From assembly GCF_001194135.2 (NCBI RefSeq), contig NC_068987.1, forward strand, positions 76,840,284-76,885,687: a stretch of DNA of 45,404 bases, in the 5' to 3' direction. Shown one piece after another: positions 36,125 through 45,404 of this stretch; the stretch's first letter is position 1; every line of letters starts with the position of its first letter. Made by a program: the position numbers and the translations under genes. The notes under the pieces were generated by a model that saw nothing but the letters and a program-made list of their open reading frames with translations, did no database searches and was not told the DNA's origin. The DNA is from Octopus bimaculoides (lineage: Eukaryota).

Positions 36125-36315
36125 GCCCGGATGCAGTACCAGGCAGTGGCTCTCATGGCTTCTGATCTTAACTGATTGGAAGTGTTATCATGTACATTGT
36201 TTTGTCTTGGCATAAAAGATGGGCTACACCAAATATTCTGCTTAATACCACAAATTTGCTTGTCAGTTGTTTGACCTTAACCAGTTGAGGATGTCCCTTG
36301 GTGGCTGACGATATG

Positions 36316-36628
<313 letters not shown>

Positions 36629-36680
36629 GAGGTAGAAGGCCTGAAAATTTGGGGGAGGAGTTAGTTACATGAACCCTCTT

Positions 36681-36822
36681 TTACATTCTGAGTTCCACAG
36701 AGATCAACTTTGCCTTTCATTCTTTCAGGGTTGATGAAATAAGTACCAGTTACACACTGGGGTTGATGTAATTGACTTATCCATTCTCATGAAATTACTG
36801 GCCTTGTGCCAAAATTTGAAAA
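36681..36822 (+). mobile_element. SINE family B partial
   Basis: ATCAACTTTGCCTTTCATTCTTTCAGGGTTGATGAAATAAGTACCAG. Confidence 0.75.
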
Positions 36823-37051
36823 ATTAGATAAACATATATGAATCAATATTCAGAGGCATTAATAAATCAATATGTATAAGAATCAGTGAAGCAATATGTA
36901 TAGACTTCAATGAATCAATATATATATATATATAGGCTTCAATACAAACCAGTATATATATTTATATATGAATCGATATGTATAGGCATCAATATGAAAA
37001 AGAGAACCTGTTATGAATCAATACATACAACCTCTATATTCCAATATAGAA

Positions 37052-37606
37052 ATGGATTTGTTAACCAAAAGACAGGCACCATTTCTGCTGGATGGCAAAC
37101 CACTTCTCTTACCTGAAGAAGCTGGATTAATAAATTACAATGTCTGCTAAACATTTTATACAATTCAATTTTCATATGACTTTCTGTTCATAGCTTCACT
37201 TAATAAACATGGAATCAGCCAACGATATCACAATAGTTATAAATCTGTGTTTGAAGAGATAGTATTAAAATTTGGTGTGCTGAGAATTATTATTGAAAAG
37301 ACTAAAGGGAATATTTCAAATTACAGGAGGATGACATATTATAGCCAACATTTTACTTCCATTTCAATTAGAGATAGGTGTAAAAGATCGACATATTTCA
37401 AATTCTTTGGCAACCACATCATAGATGACCTATCATGGTTTAGAAACATTTGGTTACCTGATGAAAATAAATTACTGGCGGCATCTGAACTTTCTGAGAG
37501 AATTGTTTCCCCTCTTGGCTGTTCTCTGACTTCTACTAGTGTACAAATGAGAGAATATTGGCACAATGCATCATTCTGTGTTAAAAATTTTTGGCTTCTT
37601 ATATGA
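37052..37606 (+). CDS. Candidate exon(s) or pseudogene of unknown product
   Basis: One frame open from ATG 37052 to TGA 37604-37606 except for TAA at 37148-37150; acceptor-like sites end at 37049 and 37193; non-repetitive sequence. Confidence 0.3.
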
Positions 37607-37789
37607 AAATGCAGATCTTTAGTGAATAGCAAGAATTATAACAGATACCATTATCGATGCTACCATTCCACTCTGTCTACCAGGAACATTTAATGACTAT
37701 GGAGTGAAAGCATGTGGTTAGTGAGGGAATAGGTTTAGTGGTTAGGGTGTTGCCCCTATGATAATAAAATTGTGATTTCAATTCCTGGA

Positions 37790-38057
37790 CTTGAGAAGAC
37801 GTATCAAGCTAAGTAAAATTGCTGTCGCCAATACAAATGGGGCTTGCTCTTTACAGGTGCCAGTGCCACATAAGAGGCACTTGTGCCAGTGTTGTGTAGA
37901 CACACAATGCTAGTGGCATGTAAAAAGTACCCAGCACACTCTGTAGAATGGTTGGTGCTAAGAACGGTATCCAGTTGTGGAGACCATGCCACAAAAGACA
38001 AACTGTTCAACCCATGCCAGCATGGAAAATGGACGTTAAATGATGATGATGATGATG
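37790..38057 (+). mobile_element. RTE 3' end (last ORF2 codons plus UTR)
   Basis: LEKTYQAK* at 37790-37816, then UTR to CAACCCATGCCAGCATGGAAAATGGACGTTAAA(TGA)n. Confidence 0.75.
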
Positions 38058-38088
38058 AAGTTGATGACCAGGCAGTGCATGGCATTCA

Positions 38089-38258
38089 TTATCATCATCA
38101 TCATCATCATCATCATCATCTAATGTCCGTTGTCCATGCTGACATAGGTTGGATGGTTTGACCAGGGCTGGTAAGCTAGAAGGCTGCACCAGACTCCAGT
38201 CTGGTTTGGCAAAGTTTTCTACAGCTGGACGCCCTTCCTAATGCCAACCACTCCGAGT
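38089..38258 (-). mobile_element. RTE 3' UTR fragment, tail-to-tail with the previous copy
   Basis: (CAT)n-CTAATGTCCGTTGTCCATGC...CTGGACGCCCTTCCTAATGCCAACC. Confidence 0.8.
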
Positions 38259-38516
38259 GCTTCGGTCCTCTCAGCTGTAAATGAGTTCCAACAATGGCTG
38301 GGAAGTTAACTTTGTGAGGGACTAGCATCCTATTGAGTGGGGAGTGTTGTAATCTCAGTCTCTTATACACCATGGAAACTAATGTAAGCTGTGGCCGTAT
38401 GAATCTCAAAAATCATAACAGACCTTAAGTTATGTGGTTAGTGATTAGTGTGCTTGGCATTTGATTGTTAGATCATTCTTTGATTCTTAGACTACCTTAT
38501 GTATATTGTTTGTGTC

Positions 38517-38665
38517 CACTAGTGTAGCTAGAGTGTGTGCCGCCCAGGGCAGCACTTCTCTTTGCCACCCCCCAACCCCACAAAAAACACATATTGCCTA
38601 CAGCAGACCCAAAAGTCCTTCCCGGGGTGGACTGCCCATACCACCCCTCCCTAGCTACACTAGTG
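38517..38665. mobile_element. 149-bp MITE with perfect 15-bp TIRs and an 8-bp TSD
   Basis: CACTAGTGTAGCTAG / CTAGCTACACTAGTG; flanks TTTGTGTC and ATTGTGTC (7/8 match). Confidence 0.8.
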
Positions 38666-38701
38666 ATTGTGTCCTTGAGTAAACACCTCATTTTATTATT
38701 T

Positions 38702-38849
38702 ACTTTATTTACATTATTTACATTTGATGGATATTTGTCCTCATCTTGTTTGTTCTTAACATGTTTCGGCTGATATACCCTCCAGCCTTCATCAGGTGTT
38801 TTGGGGAAATTTCAAACCTGGGTTTTCATTCCTAAGGTATTTTCGATGC

Positions 38850-38896
<47 letters not shown>

Positions 38897-38907
38897 GTTA
38901 TTATTAT
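38702..38907 (-). mobile_element. SINE family E copy (no head) with hammerhead motif
   Basis: ACAC-CTGATGA-A-GGCTG-GAGGGTATAT-CAGCC-GAAAC (38799-38763), small deletion just downstream, then (ATT)n. Confidence 0.85.
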
Positions 38908-39272
38908 CAAAATTAAAAGAAGAGTGCCATTGTTATCTAGTGAATGATATTTCGACATCTTGTGTGTCTTCAACGGGTTCAAAAAAATAAATTTGTCAAT
39001 CTACTTCATTTTGGCTAATATAGAAAGGTTTGAGGTAACTCCTCCTGAAGATATAGATTCATAACTAAAAGAAGAGTGCCATTGTTATCTAATGAATGAT
39101 ATTTCAACATCTTGTGTGTCTTCAACGGGTTCAAAAAATAAATTTGTCAATCTACTTCATTTTAGTTAATATAGAAAGGATTGAGGTAACTCCTCCTGAA
39201 GATATAGAGTCAAAATTAAAAGAATAGTGCCATTGTTATCTAGTGAACGATATTTCGACATCTTGTGTGTTT
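38908..39272. repeat. 151-152-bp tandem repeat, ~2.4 copies
   Basis: GAGTGCCATTGTTATCT (TAGTGCC... in the third copy) recurs at 38922, 39074 and 39225. Confidence 0.95.
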
Positions 39273-39276
39273 TCAG

Positions 39277-39392
39277 AAGGCTTTAGTCAGTCAGGGGTAA
39301 AGTTAGAAGACACTTTGCCTCAGGCACCACACAGCAAGACTGAACTTGAATCCACATGGTCAGGATGCACACTTCTTAACCACACAGCCATG
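39277..39392 (-). mobile_element. SINE family A head fragment
   Basis: AGAAGACACTTTGCCTCAGGCACC...CTTAACCACACAGCCATG. Confidence 0.65.
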
Positions 39393-39935
39393 TTCAAACA
39401 AGAAACCCATCTAGACACAAATACTAAGACACATGTACACAACATGTTTATATTTATCTATAAAAATTGCATTGACGTTCCTCACAATTGTACCTGTTAA
39501 CTGTTTTCATCAGCTAATGTTTATCATTTGTGCTAGTAATTGATATCATTTCTGTTTATCCGTTGTGGTTTAGCTGTTATTGTATTTGTTCCTGAAGTTT
39601 GGAATTTTAAGCTGTTCTTTGTATTTGTATATAACATGACAATAAACTGTTGTGAATTAAATGAATTGAATTACGCCTGTACATACAGGTGTATGATATT
39701 AAATATCTATTTATGTATCAATGTATATGTGTGCTTGTATATCATGTAAATAGATATATGTTTACATATATGTATATATGAGTGTATGTTATTAAATATG
39801 CATGTTATTATTTGTGAATTCTTATGCACCTTATTGAATATATAGAAGTGCATATTATTAAATATATATATATATACATATGTATATACATACATACATA
39901 CGTATATATACACACACACGCATATACACATACAT

Positions 39936-39998
<63 letters not shown>

Positions 39999-40069
39999 GT
40001 ATGTATGTATATAGACATACATACATATATATGTTTATGTTTAAGTACATATGTATGTACGTATAGATT

Positions 40070-40109
<40 letters not shown>

Positions 40110-40648
40110 TACACGTATGCAAGCATACAGTAATGTGTGCAGATGTATAATGTTTCTGTGAGCATATATGCTTGTAAATCTATGTCTGTGTGTAACCAAA
40201 CATAAAATTGAGTGCTTATATATTTGCATAGCATTTTTGCTTATGCATGTGCATGTACACATATAACTCTGTGTGTGTTTGTGTATATGCATACATAATT
40301 TGTGTGTAACGTGCATCTGCATATTGGAAGGCACAGACAGAAGGAACTCTGTAAATAAAGCTATTTCATTGTCTGCAAATATTTTCGAAGATGAAAACAA
40401 GCAATAGAAATGTTTATTAATTTTTCTCACTCTTTTGCATATAATAAAGTTTATATTTGTTAAAATGTATTAGGACCCAGTGAGAAAAGCAGTGAAGCGG
40501 CAAAGTCATTCAAGCATCACATAGAATAAGATGTAATAGTTGAGCATTCCAAGTTCAAACCACTCTGAGGCCATCTTGGCATTCCATCCTTTCAGGGTCA
40601 GTAAATATAAGTATCAGCCTAATCCTGATGCAGCCTTGTTTCTTTCTT

Positions 40649-40745
<97 letters not shown>

Positions 40746-40908
40746 GTTACTACTCATGACTACATACATATCTAAAACCATTATCTAAGGCATGTTGTAT
40801 ACTGATAACCAAATTATGGCATAGTGGGACTGATAGGGGGCCCTGTCTCTGCTCACAACCACATGAGTATGTAAATCCCTAATCAAAAATATGATACAAG
40901 CTTTTACC

Positions 40909-41226
40909 TGGTACTCCTTTAGTTACAGTGACAAGGGCTCCAGTTGATCTGAGCAACAGTACAGCTTTTCCATGAAATTAATATGAAAGCGGCTGAGCAC
41001 TCCACAGACACACATACCCTTGATGTTGTTTTCAGGGACATTCAGCTTGATGCAGAATGGGGTAAAGCTGACCTTTTGAATTATGGGTATAACTCATTTT
41101 TGCAGGTGAGTGGACTGGAGTAACATGAAATAAAGTGTCTTGCTCAAGGATACAACACATCGTAAGAAATTGAACTCACAACCTTACGTTTATGAGACAA
41201 ATACCCTAACCACTAAGGTATGTGCC
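40909..41226 (-). mobile_element. SINE family D, full length
   Basis: Minus strand GGCACATACCTTAGTGGTTAGGG...GTGAGTTCAATTTC...CCTTGAGCAAGACACTTT...GTCTGTGGAGTGCTCAGCC...GGAGTACCA. Confidence 0.85.
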
Positions 41227-41637
41227 TTCATTACAGGCTGTTACCTATGTTATTAGGTAACGGACTATTAATCTATCACTGGGTTTAAATAACTACCCAG
41301 CACCTTAAATTCCTTTAGCAGACCCTACTCTATTGCAAGTATTCAGGTTAAATCTGGTTTGAGGTTAATTTCCTCACTCATTCCTTCCTTCCTTCCTTAC
41401 CTCCCTCCCTCTTACAAGTCTTGGAGGACCTGTAAAGGGTCATCATGAGCACTGATGATCCTCCTGACCAGAAATTTAAAAAAAAAAAATTGTTAGTGAT
41501 GGCCACACTTTCTATGTAGCAAGGAAGCTAATTGAAATTGCTGACGAAATCAAAGTGTTTTGGGAATGAGTAAAGTCATGTTCGATTTTGGCCTTTAAAA
41601 TAAAAAGATATTTTATTCTTCTTTCTATTTGGTGCAG

Positions 41638-42075
41638 GCATCATCATCATCATCACCATCATCATCATCGTTTAACATCCGTTTTCCATGCTGGCATGGG
41701 TTGAACGGTTTGACTGAGGACTGCCAAGCCAGAAGGCTGCACCAGGCTCCAATCTGATCTGGCAGAGTTTCTACAGCTGGATGCCCTTCCTAATGCCAAC
41801 TACTCTAAGAGTGTAGTGGGTGCTTTTTACATGCCACCAGCACAGGGGCCAGTCAGGCAGGCCTGACAGCGATCACGTTCGGATCGTACTTTTTACATGC
41901 CACCGGCATGGGAGCTAGTCAGGGGTCATTGGCGTTGGTCATGTTCGGATGGTACCTCTTACATGCCACTGGCACGGGAGCCAGTCAGAGGTCACTGGCA
42001 TCGGCCACGTTCAGATGGTGCTTTTTACATGCCACCAACAGAGGAGCCAGTCAGGGGACTCTGTCATCAGCCATG
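41638..42075 (-). mobile_element. RTE 3' UTR with several tandem units
   Basis: Standard tail plus about 4 repeats of TTTTACATGCCACC..GCCAGTCAG. Confidence 0.88.
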
Positions 42076-42788
42076 GCATGGATGTGTGAATTACAAAACT
42101 GACCCCAATATCTGACTCATACTTCATTTTGTCATCCCTGGAAAATTGAAAGGCAAAATTGATCTTTCTGAAATTTGAACTCAGAAAACAAAAGCCTAAA
42201 ATAAATATTGCAAAATTTATGCATTGGTCTAATGATTCTACGAACAAGCCTCCCTTCTTATTTGCATAAATTCAATACGGTATATTAACTATAATTTATG
42301 GAAGATATAGCCTGCTGCATAAAGCACCTGTAAGTTTTCCCGCAGTATTAATGATAAACAGCATAGTTGGATATTGTCTATGACATGATACAGTATAAGG
42401 TAATATCATGACAACACTTGATATTATGTAATATAATATAATGTAATATGTAACATGGTTTGATTTTACATAATATGATAGGATATAATATAATTGTTAC
42501 TAATGTAGTCACAAGGCCGGTAGTTTTGTGAGAAGTGGGCTAGTCACTTACAACAACCATAATACTTCCCTGATAACTTTTTCAATGACCCATGGAGGAA
42601 TGAAGAGCAAAGCTGATCCTGCCAGGATTTGAAATCAAATTGGAGGGGAGAGTTATCAATGATAATGTTTTGACTTTAAATCTGTGGTTATCTCCTTTTA
42701 ATCTCCTCTCTCTCTCTCTCTCTCTCTCTTGACATTTGGTGGGGTGTGAGCAAATTTCCATTCTGAAAATGCGGCCCGGAAAAAAAAA

Positions 42789-42803
42789 GTTTGGGAACCA
42801 CTG
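42789..42803 (-). mobile_element. hAT-like terminal repeat remnant (second copy at 43462-43474)
   Basis: Minus strand CAGTGGTTCCCAAAC, typical of hAT/Charlie-type TIRs; no paired end or TSD found. Confidence 0.45.
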
Positions 42804-42929
42804 TGCTACAGTGTGTTGCATTCTTGAGCAAGACTCTCAATTTCACATTGCTCCAATCCACCCAAATGGCAAAAGTGAGTTGTACCTGTAATTGAAAAGG
42901 ACCAGCCTTTTTGACAGAGTTCAAATTCT

Positions 42930-43070
42930 GCTGCTACTTAATTTTTGACCCCAAAAGGATGAAAGGCAAAGTCAACCTTGGCGGAATTTGAACTCAGAAC
43001 GTAATGATGGGTGAAATACTGCTAAGCATTTCACCCAGCATGCTAACGATTCTGACAGCTTGCTGCCTTA
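42930..43070 (-). mobile_element. SINE family B 5' part, preceded by a family D body fragment (~42810-42912, +)
   Basis: GGATGAAAGGCAAAGTCAACCTTGGCGGAATTTGAACTCAG...CTTGCTGCCTTA. Confidence 0.8.
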
Positions 43071-43183
43071 AGTAATCCATAATAACATCTTAATTTCTGA
43101 AATTATATTTATTTTTGGCTTATGAATTTTTTGAAATTCTTTCTAAATCTTTTATTGTCTCTCAGTCATTCTGCCTCACCTTC

Positions 43184-43422
43184 TATTCTTATTTCTTTAC
43201 TGCCCACAAGGGGCTACACACAGAAGGGACAAACAAGGACAGACAAAGGGATTAAGTCAATAACATCGATCCCAGTACGTAACTGGTACTTAATTTATTG
43301 ACCCCGAAAGGATGAAAGGCAAAGTCGACCTCGGCGGAATTTGAACTCAGAACGTAGCGGCAGACGAAATACCGCTAAGCATTTCGCCCAGCGTACTAAC
43401 GTTTCTGCTAGCTCACTGCCTT
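43184..43422 (-). mobile_element. SINE family B, full length, young
   Basis: CpG-rich: GTCGACCTCGGCGGAATTTGAACTCAGAACGTAGCGGCAGACGAAATACCGCTAAGCATTTCGCCC. Confidence 0.92.
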
Positions 43423-43480
43423 CTATTCGCTTCTGCCCCACCTATTCAGCGCACCGCATCATTTGGGAACCACTACTGTA

Positions 43481-43539
43481 GGAATTTGAACTCACAACCT
43501 TACGATCGTGAGTTAGATAACCTAACCACTAAGCCACGA
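43481..43539 (-). mobile_element. SINE family D tRNA-like head only
   Basis: CGTGGCTTAGTGGTTAGG...CACGATCGTAAGGTTGTGAGTTCAAATTCC. Confidence 0.75.
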
Positions 43540-43779
43540 CTATAGTATGACAGGCAATGGTGTAGTTTGGTCCTGTATTTGTACAGTGAGGTGTGATGGA
43601 GCATCATGTGGTCTGGTATCTTCAAGAGTTGTGATGATGATGTGAGATTGTTGTTTAGCCCCGGGTTAGTCCTGGTTGAGCAACCATATGATCAAAGCTA
43701 TTTCAGTCATAACCTTTCTGTGGTTTTATATATATCTAAGACTCACACTGATCGATGGGTCACTGGTTCTTTTGTAAAG

Positions 43780-44787
43780 TTAGTAAGGTGTGGTGTGGGG
43801 TGGGGTGATGTGTTGTTGTGCAGTGTATGTGGTGTGTGTGTTTGTTGTGTGTGTGTGATGTGTCTGGTGTGTGGTGTGCGTGTGTGTGGTATATGTGTGG
43901 TATATGTGTGGTATGTGTGTAGTATGTGCATGTGTGGTGTGTGTGTGGTGTGTGTATGTGTGTGTGGTATGTGTGTGGTGTGTGTATGTGTGTGGTGTGT
44001 GTGTATGTGTGTGTATGTGTGTGTATGTGTGTTATGTGTGTGTATATGTGTTATGTGTGTGGTGTGTGTGTATGGTGTTTATGAGTGTGCATATGAGTGT
44101 GTGAGCATGTGTGTATGGTTGTGTGGTGTGTGTGTTTGTTGAGTGCATGTGGTGTGTGTGTGTGATATGTATGGTATGTGTGTGGTATGTGTGTGGTGTG
44201 TGTATGTATGTGTGTGTGGTATGTGTGTGGTGTGTGTTTGATGTGTGTGTGTATGTGTGTGATATGTGTGGGTATGTGTATATGTGTGATGTTGGGGAAT
44301 ATGTGTGTGCATGCATGTGAGCATGTACACGTGTGCATGTGGTGCAGTGCTGTGTTCTGTAGTGTAATGTGGTGTCATGTATGTGCTGCAGTGCAATGCA
44401 GTGCAGTATTATGCTCTGGTGCAATATAATATGATCTGATATTCCTACGGTGTGCTACAGGGAGATGTGTTAAGCCATTGCCTATTGCAATGCAGTTTGA
44501 TGTGATGTGGTCTGCAATGATAAGAGTACATACTCCATGTGATAAAGAAGAGGAAGTTTAATTACTTTTCACAAACATTTAGATTAAAACAAAGCTTGGC
44601 CCTTAGCTGACCTTTATTTATTGCTTTCTCCCCCAGTCCCCAATCCCTGAAAACCCACTACACTAATCCAACACAACCTGCCTTGTGTACCATTATCTCA
44701 TTGCTTTCTCGGGTCTTTTCAAATATTATCACAGTAACAGGGGTTTCATAAAGCATGTACCAATATTTACTGCATGTGTGTAAATGT

Positions 44788-44827
<40 letters not shown>

Positions 44828-45062
44828 GTGCGTGCATGTTTGTGTTTGTATGTGTATGTGTTTGTTGGGGCTTGTATACATGTGTATTTGTATGTGTGTG
44901 TGTGTGTGTATGCGTGTGTTTGTGTATGTATGTCTATGTGAGGATCTGTGTACATGTGTGTATTTGCATGTGTGTGTATGTGTATGTGTTTGTTGGGGTT
45001 TGTATACATGTGTATTTGTATGTGTGTGTGTGTATGCATGTGTGTGTGTGTGTGTGTGTGTG
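43780..45062. repeat. TG-rich cryptic or compound repeats
   Basis: Degenerate (GTGTG/GTATGT)n at 43780-44340; a 128-bp-period duplication at 44861/44989. Confidence 0.85.
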
Positions 45063-45404
45063 TTTAACTGCATGGTGTTTGCTTGATTATAGTTGCCATA
45101 ATGAAATTTCTCAAGAGAATCAAGGTTAAACCAAACGATATCATCTGCATAATCATCATCATCATCATCATCATGTCATTCTCAGTACTTCCCTCACCAC
45201 TACCTCCACCATCACCACCACCACCACAACCTCAGCCATCATCACTATCTTCATCATCATCAGTGGATAACAAGCATCCATGATCAATGAAACCCAAGGC
45301 AAATAACAACCACTCAGCAGCTGTCCACACATTGAAGGTGGGGGGGTTAGGTGGTGAAGGTGGTGGTGGTGGTGGTGGTGGTTCTGGTGGTGGTGGTGGT
45401 GGTG

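Noticed and set aside
36123-36185. U2 snRNA-like patches on the minus strand (ATCAGTTAAGATCAGA, CCTGGTACTGCA)
   Set aside because: Short, mismatched and wrongly spaced; no branch-point pairing or Sm site.
37458-37464. CTGATGA core
   Set aside because: No stem II followed by GAAA; an isolated 7-mer.
37339-37632. Minus-strand 97-aa ORF with a CAG|GTAACC donor at 37458
   Set aside because: It overlaps the longer plus-strand frame and is probably its antisense shadow; no homology recognised.
38950-38990. TTGAAGA...GAAA on the minus strand of the 151-bp unit as a hammerhead
   Set aside because: Stem II does not close and stem I cannot pair.

Overview
AT-rich, microsatellite-dense eukaryotic scaffold with five N gaps. 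The repeat landscape suggests a cephalopod, probably Octopus (inference). No intact protein-coding gene, rRNA, true tRNA or CRISPR array is supportable, and nearly every ORF in the track is a microsatellite or gap artefact. The window is a mosaic of mobile elements: four tRNA-headed SINE families (here A, B, D, E), many 5'-truncated RTE LINE 3' ends, a fragmented Tigger/pogo transposase fossil (~2.1-5.3 kb), an internally deleted Helitron (5879-8458), a mariner MITE, an 8-bp-TSD MITE, an AP-endonuclease LINE relic and two Penelope-like (GIY-YIG) relics. The main signal is a set of minimal type-I hammerhead-ribozyme motifs in several unrelated non-autonomous repeats. One sits in a tRNA-headed SINE (family E, three copies). 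The others show different bases at the core 3-8 pair (C3-G8, U3-A8, A3/C8 probably from G3-C8). This suggests a Penelope-driven system of ribozyme-bearing SINE-like elements. Two unique stretches (35.2-35.5 kb, 37.0-37.6 kb) may be host exons or a decayed gene. Ribozyme activity, family assignments and novelty are untested.
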